Shown here: positions 15,180 through 24,684 of the stretch, piece after piece
Layout of the letters: every line of letters begins with the position of its first letter
Numbering within the stretch: the stretch's first letter is position 1
Source of the DNA: an uncultured Rhodospirillaceae bacterium
Lineage (GTDB): Bacteria > Pseudomonadota > Alphaproteobacteria > Dongiales > Dongiaceae
Reading direction: 5' to 3'
Assembly (NCBI GenBank): GCA_964411425.1
Contig: CAYPKW010000002.1
Span: 45,512-109,511, forward strand
DNA: 64,000 nucleotides
Notes under the pieces: model-generated
Told to the model about the DNA's origin: nothing
Database searches by the model: none
What the model saw: only the letters and a program-made list of their open reading frames with translations
Made by a program: the position numbers and the translations under genes

Positions 15180-16799
15180 CTACTCGATCGGGATCTCCTT
15201 GAAGGCCAGCGAAACATCGACCCCCTGCGAGCGCCGGATCGTCTTCATGACGAAGTAGAAGACGACGCCGATCGCGAACACGCCGCCGACGATTTTCATC
15301 TGCGTCGGATCGTGGCCGGCCGCCACCGGATCGGCGTACGCCGCCCAGAAGTAGAACTGCGAGCCGATGAAGCCCAGCGCGCAGGCCACCGTCATCATCG
15401 GCAGCCCAAAAATCTTCTTCCCGTAGATCGGCGATTTCTCGTAGATCTGCGGCCGGATGTAGGGGAAGAAAACACCGGCCAGCAGAATGATGCTCCAGGC
15501 CAGCAGCGCCGCCTCGATCAGGATGATGATGGTGGAGAAGAAGCTGGTGAACACGAACAGCGCCATGAAGATGATCGTGATGACGACCGACACCACGACC
15601 GCCACCGTCGGCGTGTGACGGGTGGGCGAGATTTCCCCCAGCGCCGCCGGGGCTATGCGGTCGAAGGCCCAGGCCACCATGGCGCGCACGCCGAAGGTGT
15701 GCATGCCGGGAATCCACATCCAGATCCAGGTGACGAAGCCGATCGACACCAGAAGCGTGACGATCCAGGAGCCGGTGAGGATGCCGGCCATCAGCGTGAT
15801 CGCCGGCGAGGTCGGCGTGGTTACGCCGCCTTCGAAGGAATTGAACACGGCGGAGCCGAGGAATTCCCAGCCGAACACGCTGTTGGCGAGCGGGATGGTG
15901 ATGAGCCAGATCACCAGGGTGCCGGCGATGGCGCCCAGCATGCCGTAAGTCTGCGACCGTTCGACGGATTTGATTTCGCCGGCGATGCAGATCGAGAACG
16001 CGGCGCCCAGGAGCGGTAGGAACGCCCAGTTCGACAGCTTGACGGTGGTGAGCCAGTCGGCCCCCTCGGTGGTCCAGCCTTTTTCCGCGCCCGAGGCGAT
16101 GATGGCGTTATAGGCGTCCTCGACGCCCATGACCGGCCCCATCAACCCGTTGAACGCCGTCACGAAATCCTCGCGCGAGTACATCGCCAGCACCAGGATG
16201 AGGAGCGCCGAGCCCGCCAAGGAGGTGACGAAGACGATCTTCTGGCTCAGCAGATATCGCTTCATGCCGGAATTGATGATGATCCCCGACAGCACGAGGA
16301 TGGCGGAGCCGATGATGAACATGGGCCAAGGAGTCAGCACCCACGCCGCGGCGTCGAGCGCCCACTGGGCTCCGGCCACGTAGCCGATGGTGGCGAGCGT
16401 CGGATTGATCCCAAGGAGCACGATCCAGTAGGCGGCGATGGCGCAATAGAAGAGCCAGGCCACGATCTCAACCAGGCTCAAGGTCAGCGCCAGGAACGGC
16501 GGCAGGCTGCGCGAGCCGAACACGTAGATGCCGCCCGAGCGCGGCAGGGTCACCGACCAGGTGATCATGCCGAACGAGATCAGCGCCATCATGAAACCGG
16601 CCAGCAGGCATCCGACCACTAAATTGCCGCCGGGATAGAAGGCAGGGCCGTAATACATCATGGTGCCGACCCCGAGGCCGACGCTGACGAGGCCGATGTT
16701 GTAGATGAACGTATCGAAGGGGCTCGCCGCGCGTATGAGGCCCGACGCCTTGCGCAAGAAAATTCTCTGCTCGCCCCCGCTGCCCGATGTCGTGCTCAT
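15180..16799 (-). CDS. APC-superfamily amino acid / amine permease
   Basis: About 540 aa with about 12 hydrophobic segments and an APC-like N-terminus (LRKASGLIRAASPFDTFIYNIG). Start at MSTTSGSGG (16799). Confidence 0.8.
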   Translation of the reverse strand: MSTTSGSGGEQRIFLRKASGLIRAASPFDTFIYNIGLVSVGLGVGTMMYYGPAFYPGGNLVVGCLLAGFMMALISFGMITWSVTLPRSGGIYVFGSRSLPPFLALTLSLVEIVAWLFYCAIAAYWIVLLGINPTLATIGYVAGAQWALDAAAWVLTPWPMFIIGSAILVLSGIIINSGMKRYLLSQKIVFVTSLAGSALLILVLAMYSREDFVTAFNGLMGPVMGVEDAYNAIIASGAEKGWTTEGADWLTTVKLSNWAFLPLLGAAFSICIAGEIKSVERSQTYGMLGAIAGTLVIWLITIPLANSVFGWEFLGSAVFNSFEGGVTTPTSPAITLMAGILTGSWIVTLLVSIGFVTWIWMWIPGMHTFGVRAMVAWAFDRIAPAALGEISPTRHTPTVAVVVSVVITIIFMALFVFTSFFSTIIILIEAALLAWSIILLAGVFFPYIRPQIYEKSPIYGKKIFGLPMMTVACALGFIGSQFYFWAAYADPVAAGHDPTQMKIVGGVFAIGVVFYFVMKTIRRSQGVDVSLAFKEIPIE

Positions 16800-16956
16800 G
16801 ACGCTCCTCCCCCAGATTGCCCGGTCGACCGCCAACGAGGCCGCCAGAAGCGCCGCCTCGCCTCGACCGCAATGATAACGCTTTCCATCGGCATTAAGCG
16901 ATACGAATCTCCCCTGGCGCCAGAGCCAGGTTTTCGCCTGCCGGACAGGCCGGCGC

Positions 16957-17730
16957 CTAAAAAATGTCCCCCTTCTCCGAGACCTCCTGATACCAGCGCG
17001 CGCGCGTGCCCACCTTGGAGCGAATCTTCCACTTCATCGATTTTGGCGCATTCTCGATCTTGTGCAACAGCTTGCCCACCCGGCCGCGGATCACGTCGGA
17101 TTCGTGCGCGCCGATCGCGGGAAACGCCGGCAGATGGCCGGGGATGCTCCGCAGGTTGTTCGTGAACGTGTAATAGAACCCCCAGTCGCTCGCCATGATG
17201 GCGGCGACGTAATTCTCGTCGATGTTCTCGCGCCCCGCCGCCGGCTCGCCCACCGGATGCTCGAGCAGGAGGACCATGGTGTCCTTGATGTCCTTAAGGT
17301 TGATTTGCACGATCTGCATCTTCTCCAGCAGCAGATCCGTCGTGGTGATGGTGGGCGAATCGAGATGCAAGCGTCCCTTGAACGGGATCGGGTGGCAGAA
17401 GTAGAGCTCGTCGGTGAACACGTCGACGTGCAGCGGCCATTGCGGATGCCGATAAATGTGGCGGGCGCCCTCGGTGCCGACGATGACGCCCTCGTCCGCC
17501 CGGTAGCCCTGCCCGGCCATGAATTCCCTGATCGCCTGGGTCTGGCGGCGCTCCGCCGCGAAATCGATGTCGGTGAGTTCGCGGTCCATCTCGGTGAACA
17601 GGTGCAGGTACTTCGGGGAATGCAGCCGATAGGCGATGGAGCCGAGAATGCGGAGTTGGATTCCCCTCTCCTCTCCCTTGTGCACGAGACGCATCGCCTC
17701 ATCGACGAAATGCAGATTCTGCAACGCCAT
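16957..17730 (-). CDS. hypothetical protein, possibly Pol-beta-type nucleotidyltransferase fold
   Basis: Good coding character. LRILGSIAY...ELTDIDFAA resembles the G[SG]...DxD nucleotidyltransferase signature. Start at MALQNLHF (17730). The longer ORF to 18168 runs antisense through the next gene. Confidence 0.5.
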   Translation of the reverse strand: MALQNLHFVDEAMRLVHKGEERGIQLRILGSIAYRLHSPKYLHLFTEMDRELTDIDFAAERRQTQAIREFMAGQGYRADEGVIVGTEGARHIYRHPQWPLHVDVFTDELYFCHPIPFKGRLHLDSPTITTTDLLLEKMQIVQINLKDIKDTMVLLLEHPVGEPAAGRENIDENYVAAIMASDWGFYYTFTNNLRSIPGHLPAFPAIGAHESDVIRGRVGKLLHKIENAPKSMKWKIRSKVGTRARWYQEVSEKGDIF

Positions 17731-17762
17731 TGGATCGATGCCCCCGGGCCGGCGCGGTCCCC

Positions 17763-18740
17763 CTACCCTTGCGTGAGCTGCACGCCCTTGACCGCGCCGT
17801 CCTCGAGGGTCACCAGCACGCCTTGCAGCAGGCCCTCCGGATAGACGCTGCCCGGGTTGACGCACACCGTCCGCCCGATGCGAATGTTGCCCCGCCCCTC
17901 GTGGATATGCCCATGCAATCCCAGCATCGGCTGGTGCTTCTCGATGGCGGCGTACAGCGTGGTGCTGCCGGCGTGCATCTGCACCGGGTTGCCCATCTCG
18001 AACACCACCTGCAGATTCTGGTCGAGCTTCGGGCACTGGTCGAGCACCGTGCCGTGCGGCGGCACGTGGACGTTGAAGATGCAGCGGCTCATGTCCTTGA
18101 CCTGCGGCAGCAGCTTGGCGAAACGCTCCTCGTACTGCGGCTCGGTGTATTCGCGCTCGGTGTTCCACGGCGTCAGCGTCGAGCCGCCGCAGTGCAGCAC
18201 TTCATAACCGCGCAGCTCCGTCACCTCCATCTCGTAGAACCGCACGTGCGGCGACAGGCGCAGCACGTCGTCGATTTCGAGGAAGTCGTCGTTGCCGGGC
18301 GCGGTAATGAACGGCACGTCCTTGCCGTGCAGCCTCTGGCCCGCGTACTCGCACCACTCCTTCACCCGATCCAGCACCAGCTTCTTGAACAACTCATGGC
18401 GCATGTGCTCGTCCTCGCGCAGCCGGCGGTATTCTCCCTCCGACATGACGGCAGGATAAAAGCCCATGTTGGTCGTGCGGTTCATGTATTCGTCGACCTC
18501 CGCCTGGCTGCCGAGCTCGGTGGTGGCGCCGGCGGAGAACGCCAGGTAGCCGCCGTCGGGCTGTTCGGCGATCGGCATCACCGCCTTGCCGGTCATGTCG
18601 CCGCCCATGACCAGAACATTGGCGCCGTAGAACTGCGCGGCAGAGATGAACTTCTTGAAGCACACGGTGGAGCCGTGCAGGTCGGAGGCAAAGAAGATCA
18701 CTAGCCTCTCGCCGCCGCCCGATTTCTTTTTCCAGAACAT
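17763..18740 (-). CDS. calcineurin-like metallophosphoesterase
   Basis: Motifs ASDLHG, GGDMTGK, APGNDD, FNVHVPP and GLHGHIHEG. Start at MFWKKKSGG (18740). Confidence 0.8.
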   Translation of the reverse strand: MFWKKKSGGGERLVIFFASDLHGSTVCFKKFISAAQFYGANVLVMGGDMTGKAVMPIAEQPDGGYLAFSAGATTELGSQAEVDEYMNRTTNMGFYPAVMSEGEYRRLREDEHMRHELFKKLVLDRVKEWCEYAGQRLHGKDVPFITAPGNDDFLEIDDVLRLSPHVRFYEMEVTELRGYEVLHCGGSTLTPWNTEREYTEPQYEERFAKLLPQVKDMSRCIFNVHVPPHGTVLDQCPKLDQNLQVVFEMGNPVQMHAGSTTLYAAIEKHQPMLGLHGHIHEGRGNIRIGRTVCVNPGSVYPEGLLQGVLVTLEDGAVKGVQLTQG

Positions 18741-18826
18741 CGGCTTAGGTCCTTGCTTCGTCCGGCGGCCGGCATCATCCGCGCCATAGCCGGGCAAATC
18801 CTCGCCCATCCGACGGGCTGGCGCAA

Positions 18827-20224
18827 TCAGAACTGCTTCAGGTAGCGCGCCTTCTCCCAATCGGTCACGTGATTGCAGAAGCTCTGCCACTCGTCCTTCT
18901 TGTAGTCGAGCCAGGCGCGCCGCATGGCCGGGCCGAACACGCGCTCGGCCAAGGGATCGGCCGCGAAGGCCTCGATCGCCTCGCCCAGGCTGCGCGGCAG
19001 GTAGCCCACGCCGAGCTTTTTCAGCTCCTCATCGGTCTTGATATACATGTTGTCCGTGTGCGGCTCGCCGGGGTCGAGCTCCTGCTCGATGCCTTCGAGG
19101 CCCGCCGCCAGCACCATGGCGGCGCCGAGGTAGGGATTGCAGGCGCTGTCGGTGGCGCGCAATTCGATGCGTCCGCCCGCCAGCGGGATGCGCACCGTAT
19201 TGGTTCGGTTGTTGTCGCCGTAACACACGAACACCGGCGCCCAGGTGAAGCCCGACTGGCTGCCCTTCAGGATCAGCCGCTTGTAGCTGTTCACGGTCGG
19301 CGCCACCACGGCGCAGATCGCGCCCAGGTGGCGCAGCACGCCGGCGATGAACTGGTAGCCGAGCCTGGACAGCTTGCAGCCGCGCGGGTCCTTGGCGTCG
19401 AAAAACAGGTTCCGCCCCGTCTTGCCGTCCGCGATCGAGATATTGAAGTGCGAGCCGCTGCCGGCGCGGTCGGCGAACGGCTTCGGCATGAAGCTGGCGA
19501 AGTAGCCGTGCTGGCGCGCGATCTCATGCGCCATCATGCGGAAGAACACGTAGCGGTCCGCCATGGTCTGCATGTCGAAATAGTTGAAATCGACCTCGAA
19601 CTGGCCGATGCCGTCCTCGTGGTCGAGCGAATACACGTCCCAGCCGAGGCCGTTCATGGCGTCGACCAGCTCGTGCATCCAGTGCAGGTTGTCGAGCAGG
19701 CGGGCGGAATCGTACGCCGGCTTGTCCAGGTGCCCACGGCTCGACACCGGCGCGTAGCCGCCGTCCTCGGTGTCCTTCAGCACGAAGAACTCCGCCTCCA
19801 TGCCCATCTGCGGCACCAAGCCCAGCTTGGCGGCGCGCTCCATCTGGCGCCCGAGGGTCGTGCGCGAGCAGGCCGCAAACGGCTTGCCGCGGGTCCACAG
19901 GTTGCTGGCGAACCACGCCACGTCGCGCCGCCACGGCAGCACGATGCAGGATGCCGGATCGGGGTGGGCGGAAACTTCCTCCTCGCTCACCTCCTGCGGC
20001 ACTCCTTCGAGCGCCGCCCCCGTGAACAACTCGGAGCCGCCGAGCATCTGGCGCAGGTGCGTGATCGGCACCATCTTGGCCTTGGGGATGCCGTGCAGGT
20101 CGACATAGCCCGCCAGCATGTACTTGACGCCCTGCTTCTCGAGGTCACGGCCGAGCGCCTCGGTCTTGCTCGATCCGGCGCCGGCCGCCACGGCCCGCTC
20201 GGCGCCCGCTTCGTGGGCTGTCAT
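18827..20224 (-). CDS. glutamine synthetase-family ligase (GlnA-like; possible gamma-glutamyl-amine synthetase)
   Basis: GS motifs DLHG, FMPKPFADRAGSGSHFNIS, NSYKRL and NNRTNTVRIP...RIELR. NMY (Tyr394, codon 19043..19045) aligns with the GSI adenylylation-loop NLY. Confidence 0.85.
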   Translation of the reverse strand: MTAHEAGAERAVAAGAGSSKTEALGRDLEKQGVKYMLAGYVDLHGIPKAKMVPITHLRQMLGGSELFTGAALEGVPQEVSEEEVSAHPDPASCIVLPWRRDVAWFASNLWTRGKPFAACSRTTLGRQMERAAKLGLVPQMGMEAEFFVLKDTEDGGYAPVSSRGHLDKPAYDSARLLDNLHWMHELVDAMNGLGWDVYSLDHEDGIGQFEVDFNYFDMQTMADRYVFFRMMAHEIARQHGYFASFMPKPFADRAGSGSHFNISIADGKTGRNLFFDAKDPRGCKLSRLGYQFIAGVLRHLGAICAVVAPTVNSYKRLILKGSQSGFTWAPVFVCYGDNNRTNTVRIPLAGGRIELRATDSACNPYLGAAMVLAAGLEGIEQELDPGEPHTDNMYIKTDEELKKLGVGYLPRSLGEAIEAFAADPLAERVFGPAMRRAWLDYKKDEWQSFCNHVTDWEKARYLKQF

Positions 20225-20287
20225 GATGCTCCTGCCATGCTCGGCGTCGAATCGAATTCCCGTTGGCAGCGATCATGGCAGATGCTA

Positions 20288-20305
20288 ACTAATCGGTCAA
20301 TTAGT
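20288..20305. promoter_or_regulatory. candidate operator ACTAAT-N6-ATTAGT in the divergent promoter region
   Basis: An AT-rich inverted repeat in an otherwise GC-rich 125-bp gap between the GS-like operon and the DUF1116 gene. A TetR-family gene lies 1.3 kb away. Confidence 0.3.
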
Positions 20306-20349
20306 GGCGCGACCGCGGCGACGGCAGCGGGACTGGAAGCTCAACGCCA

Positions 20350-21660
20350 ATGAAGGCAAGCGGCGCTCGACTCGAAGGATCGCGGCGCCGGGACGCCAAC
20401 GCCGAGGCGTTCCGGCGCCTGTGCGCGTCCGAGCCCGTCCTCTTCGACATCCTGCCCGCCATCGAGGCGCTGCCCGGCATGACGCCTCGGACCATCCTCA
20501 CCTCCGGGCCGCCCCTGCCCTGGCCGGCATACAGCGGCGGCCAACGCCAGGCCATCATCGGCGGCGCCCTCTACGAGGGATTGGCGGGCGACGCCGACGG
20601 CGCCGCCCGAAGCCTGGCGGCCGGCGAGATCAAGGTGGCGGGCTGCCACGCGCATGCTTGCGTCGGATCGCTCGCCGGCATCTATACGGCCTCGATGCCG
20701 GTGTTCGCGGTCCGCAACGCCGCATTCGGCAACATCGGCTACTGCAACTTCTACGAGGGCACCAACCCGCGCCGCCTCAACTACGGCGTCTACGACGAGG
20801 GCGTGCGCGACCGGCTGAATTACATCCGAGACGTGGTGGCGCCCGTGGTGCGCGACGCCGTACGGCTGTCGGGCGGCGTGCCGTTGAAGCCGATCATGCG
20901 GCGCGCGCTGCACATGGGCGACGAGCTGCACAGCCGCAACACCGCGGCCTCGCTGCTGTTCACCCGCGAGCTCTTTCCGCACCTGCTGACGCTGGCCCAG
21001 ACCTCGCGCGACGCCGTGGCTGAAGCTGTGCAGGCGCTTACCGAGGACCACTACTTCTTCCTGCGCCTGTCGATGGCGGCGGCCAAGGCGACCGCGGACG
21101 CCGCCCACGGCATCGAGGCGTCGAGCGTGGTGACGGCGATGGCCTTCAATTGCCAGGGCTTCGCCATTCGCGTGAGCGGCCTGGGCGACCGCTGGTTCGA
21201 GGGACCGCATGCCACGGTCGCCGCCAAGCTGTTCGACGGCCACGGCGAGGACGAGATCGCCTGGATGGGCGGCGAGAGCATCATCGCCGAGACGATAGGT
21301 CTCGGCGGCTTCGCCCAGGCCGCCGCGTTCGCGCTGCAGACCTATCAAGGCGGCTCGCCCGAGGCCATGGTGGAGCGCAACCTGGCGCTCTACAAGATCA
21401 CGGTCGGCGAGCATACGGACTTTCATATCCCGTTCCTCGGCTACCGCGGTACGCCAACCGGCATCGACATCTTCAAGGTGGTCGAGACCGGCGTGGCGCC
21501 CGTCATGGACATTGGCATCGCCGGGCGCGACGGCGGCCAGATCGGCGCCGGAATTGTCAGCGCGCCTATGGTTTGCTTCGAGCGCGCGCTCGACGCCTAC
21601 GAGGCCCGCTACGGCCGCTCCGCGGCCGGTGGCCGAGATGGTTCCAGAACATGCGCTTGA
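20350..21660 (+). CDS. DUF1116-family protein (YlbE / AllG-like)
   Basis: TSGPPLPW, HACVGSLAGI, NFYEGTN, HMGDELHSRNTAAS and FFLRLSMAAAKA blocks match my recollection of DUF1116. 436 aa. Confidence 0.65.
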   Translation: MKASGARLEGSRRRDANAEAFRRLCASEPVLFDILPAIEALPGMTPRTILTSGPPLPWPAYSGGQRQAIIGGALYEGLAGDADGAARSLAAGEIKVAGCHAHACVGSLAGIYTASMPVFAVRNAAFGNIGYCNFYEGTNPRRLNYGVYDEGVRDRLNYIRDVVAPVVRDAVRLSGGVPLKPIMRRALHMGDELHSRNTAASLLFTRELFPHLLTLAQTSRDAVAEAVQALTEDHYFFLRLSMAAAKATADAAHGIEASSVVTAMAFNCQGFAIRVSGLGDRWFEGPHATVAAKLFDGHGEDEIAWMGGESIIAETIGLGGFAQAAAFALQTYQGGSPEAMVERNLALYKITVGEHTDFHIPFLGYRGTPTGIDIFKVVETGVAPVMDIGIAGRDGGQIGAGIVSAPMVCFERALDAYEARYGRSAAGGRDGSRTCA

Positions 21661-22174
21661 GGTCGGCCATGGCGCCGGCCAGATCGAAATCCCGGTGGAT
21701 CATCGAGCGCACCATGACGCCGTCGAGATGGGTCGAGGCGAACTTCGCGGCCTGATCCGCGTCCACCGGCCGGAACCGTCCCTCGGCGATCCCCCGGCGC
21801 ACGCCCCCGGAGATGATGGCGCACTCCTCGTCGTAGAAGCGCTTGATGACGCGGTCGACCACCGGTTTCTGCGCGCGCGAACTCGCGTAGTCGAGCATGA
21901 TCTTGACGAGCTGGCGAATCGGCTCCGAGAGCTGCAGATTGGTCTCGAACCAGTCATCGATCAGGTCTACCGGATCGCTGTGGCGCTCGCGCAGACGCCG
22001 GTAGTTGTCGAGTGCCTGCGCCACCGCGTACTCGACGGCGGCGCGAAACAGCGCCTCCTTGCTGTCGAAATAGTAATAGATGAGCGCCGTGTTGACGCCC
22101 GCCGCCTTGGCGATGTCCTTGATCGTGACCGCGGCGAAGTCGCTGCGCGCGAACAGCTTTAAGGCGATCGTCAT
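21566..22174 (-). CDS. TetR/AcrR-family transcriptional regulator
   Basis: HTH region FAAVTIKDIAKAAGVNTALIYYYFDSKEALF. The first canonical start is ATG 22174. Its 3' end overlaps the convergent DUF1116 gene by 95 nt. Confidence 0.8.
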   Translation of the reverse strand: MTIALKLFARSDFAAVTIKDIAKAAGVNTALIYYYFDSKEALFRAAVEYAVAQALDNYRRLRERHSDPVDLIDDWFETNLQLSEPIRQLVKIMLDYASSRAQKPVVDRVIKRFYDEECAIISGGVRRGIAEGRFRPVDADQAAKFASTHLDGVMVRSMIHRDFDLAGAMADLKRMFWNHLGHRPRSGRSGPRRRRARARSKP

Positions 22175-22236
22175 CAGCGCCTCGGCCCGCGCCGGCAGCG
22201 GCTTAATGGGGATGTTCCTCGTCTGAAGGCGGTCCG

Positions 22237-22659
22237 TCAGCCGACGATCTCCAGGCCGCCGAAGAAGAATGCGATCTCGACGCCGGCCGTGGCCGGCGAA
22301 TCGGAGCCGTGCACCGAATTGGCCTCGATCGATTGGGCAAAGTCCTTGCGGATGGTGCCGGCATCGGCCTTGGCCGGATCGGTCGCCCCCATGACGGCGC
22401 GGTTGCGGGCGACGGCGTCCTCGCCCTCCAGCACCTGAACCACAACCGGAGCGCTGCACATGAACCTGCACAGGCGGTCGTAGAACGGCCTGCCGGCATG
22501 CACCTCGTAGAACTTCTCGGCCTGGGCGCGGGTCATCCGAATGCGCCTCTGCGCCACGATGCGCAGGCCCGCCGCCTCGAGGCGCGCGTTGATGCTGCCG
22601 GTGAGATTGCGCCCCGTGGCGTCCGGCTTGATGATCGACAAGGTGCGCTCGATGGCCAT
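22237..22659 (-). CDS. ndk: nucleoside-diphosphate kinase
   Basis: [14 protein letters not shown]... and active-site [16 protein letters not shown] lies 7 nt upstream of ATG 22659. Confidence 0.95.
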   Translation of the reverse strand: MAIERTLSIIKPDATGRNLTGSINARLEAAGLRIVAQRRIRMTRAQAEKFYEVHAGRPFYDRLCRFMCSAPVVVQVLEGEDAVARNRAVMGATDPAKADAGTIRKDFAQSIEANSVHGSDSPATAGVEIAFFFGGLEIVG

Positions 22660-22764
22660 CGGCATGCCTCTTTGCCAGTCCTCGGGTCGGCGGCCTTATA
22701 GCCGGCCTGTCCCGGGGGTCAAGGCATTTGCCGGGCCGCGCGCGCATGCTATGAGGCGCCCGCC

Positions 22765-24639
22765 ATGCTGCACATCCGGGACCTCACCTATCGCATCGCC
22801 GGCCGCCCCCTGTTCGAGGGCGCCTCGCTGACGCTGCCCGGCGGCCATCACGCCGGCTTGGTCGGGCGCAACGGCACCGGCAAGACGACGCTGCTGAGGC
22901 TGATCGCCGGCGAGCTCCATGCCGACGGCGGCAGCATCGGGCTGCCCAACCATTGCCGCATCGGAATGGTGGCGCAAGAGGCGCCGGACGGGCCGCGGAG
23001 CCTGCTCGACGCCGTGCTCGCCGCCGATGCCGAGCGCAGCCGCCTGCTGGCGGAAGCCGCCAGCGCCAAGGACCATCACCGCATCGCCGAGATGCACGAC
23101 CGCCTTACCGACATCGGCGCGCACAGTGCGCCGGCGCGCGCCGCCAGCATCCTCGCCGGCCTCGGCTTCGACGCCGAGGCCCAAGCGCGGCCGTGCGGCG
23201 ACCTCTCCGGCGGCTGGCGCATGCGCGTGGCGCTGGCGGCCGTGCTGTTCGCCGAGCCGGACCTGCTGCTGCTGGACGAGCCCACCAACCACCTCGACTT
23301 GGAAGCGACCCTGTGGCTCGAGAGCTACCTGAAGAGCTACCCGCACACGCTGCTTCTGGTGAGCCACGACCGCGACCTGCTGAACCGGGCGGTCGACAAG
23401 ATCGTGCACCTGGAGGGCGGCCGGCTTGCTGTCTACAGCGGGGGGTACGATCGCTTCGAGCGCACCCGCAACGAGCGGCTGGCGCACCAGACGGCGCGCG
23501 CGTCTAGGCAGCTCGCTCAGCGCCGCCACATGCAGACCTTCATCGACCGCTTCCGCTACAAGGCCAGCAAGGCGCGCCAGGCGCAGTCGCGCCTCAAGGC
23601 GCTGGTGCGCATGGAGCCGATCGCCTCGGTGAGCGAGGCGCGGACGGCGACCTTCGGTTTCCCGACGCCCGAGCCGTTGGCCTCGCCGATCCTGGCGCTC
23701 GACGACGCGGCGGTCGGCTACCAGCCGGGCCGGGCGGTGCTGAGCCGGCTCACCTTGCGCCTCGACAGCGACGACCGCATCGCCCTCATCGGCGCCAACG
23801 GCAACGGCAAATCGACCCTGGTCAAGCTGCTGTCCGGGCGGCTTGCGGCGCAGTCGGGGGAGGTGCGCAAGTCGCCGAAGCTCCGGGTCGGCTACTTCGC
23901 CCAGCACCAGGCCGACGAGCTCGACCTCGACGCCACGCCCCTGCAGCTCATGGAACGCCTCGACCCCAGGGCCGCCGAGCAGATGCGGCGCGGCCATCTC
24001 GGGCGCTTCGGCTTCGGTGCGAACCTGGCGGCGACCGCCGTGCGCGCGTTATCGGGTGGCGAGAAGGCGCGTTTGCTGCTGGCGCTGATGAGCCGCGCGG
24101 CCCCGCACGTGCTGATGCTGGACGAGCCCAGCAACCACCTCGACGTTGATGCGCGCCAGGCGCTGGTGCAGGCCGTCAACAGCTTCGAGGGCGCGGTCGT
24201 GCTGATCACCCACGATGCGCATCTGATCGAGCTCACCGCCGACCGATTGTGGCTGGTGGCCAACGGCGGAGCCAGCACGTTCGAAGGCGATCTCGACGAC
24301 TACCGCCGCTTGCTGCGGGACGAACAGCGCGAGCGCAAAGCCGGCAACGGCCGGCCGTCGACGCCGAGCCGCAAGCAGGAGCGCCGCCAGGCCGCTGATG
24401 CGCGCGCCGCGGTCGCCCACCTGAAGCGGGCCGCCATCGACGCCGAGAAACGGCTGCTGCGGTTGCAGGCGCGCCGGGCGGCGCTCGAGCAGCGCCTGGC
24501 CGACCCCGCCGTCTACCGGGGGCCGACACGCGAACTCCTCGAGCTGCAGGTCGAGCTGAGTCAGCTCAAGAAGGACAACGCCGCGGCCGAGGAGGCTTGG
24601 CTGCAAGCGCAGCAGGTGCTGGAGACGGGGGATGCGTGA
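22765..24639 (+). CDS. ABC-F family ATPase (Uup/YheS-like translation factor)
   Basis: Two Walker A motifs (GRNGTGKTT, GANGNGKST), two signatures (LSGGWRMR, LSGGEKAR) and a C-terminal coiled-coil. No transmembrane domain. Confidence 0.9.
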   Translation: MLHIRDLTYRIAGRPLFEGASLTLPGGHHAGLVGRNGTGKTTLLRLIAGELHADGGSIGLPNHCRIGMVAQEAPDGPRSLLDAVLAADAERSRLLAEAASAKDHHRIAEMHDRLTDIGAHSAPARAASILAGLGFDAEAQARPCGDLSGGWRMRVALAAVLFAEPDLLLLDEPTNHLDLEATLWLESYLKSYPHTLLLVSHDRDLLNRAVDKIVHLEGGRLAVYSGGYDRFERTRNERLAHQTARASRQLAQRRHMQTFIDRFRYKASKARQAQSRLKALVRMEPIASVSEARTATFGFPTPEPLASPILALDDAAVGYQPGRAVLSRLTLRLDSDDRIALIGANGNGKSTLVKLLSGRLAAQSGEVRKSPKLRVGYFAQHQADELDLDATPLQLMERLDPRAAEQMRRGHLGRFGFGANLAATAVRALSGGEKARLLLALMSRAAPHVLMLDEPSNHLDVDARQALVQAVNSFEGAVVLITHDAHLIELTADRLWLVANGGASTFEGDLDDYRRLLRDEQRERKAGNGRPSTPSRKQERRQAADARAAVAHLKRAAIDAEKRLLRLQARRAALEQRLADPAVYRGPTRELLELQVELSQLKKDNAAAEEAWLQAQQVLETGDA

Positions 24640-24684
24640 GGGCGACCCTCCGCCACCGGCTCGCGGCGCGGTCGAAGCGGCTGC

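Noticed and set aside
13861-15717. 618-aa ORF on the minus strand
   Set aside because: It spans the end of the GFA gene, the REP-like repeat, the hydrolase gene and part of the permease gene in wrong frames. Part of its translation (LRSRRSRRLEARGKRS) is simply the repeat element read through.
21566-22747. 393-aa ORF containing the TetR gene
   Set aside because: The upstream 191 codons are antisense or out of frame to ndk and are low-complexity. The TetR HTH begins right after ATG 22174. The true N-terminus could still be a few residues longer via a non-canonical start.
22696-23997. 433-aa minus-strand ORF
   Set aside because: It is antisense to the ABC-F ATPase gene, which has both Walker A and signature motifs. 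It is a shadow ORF.
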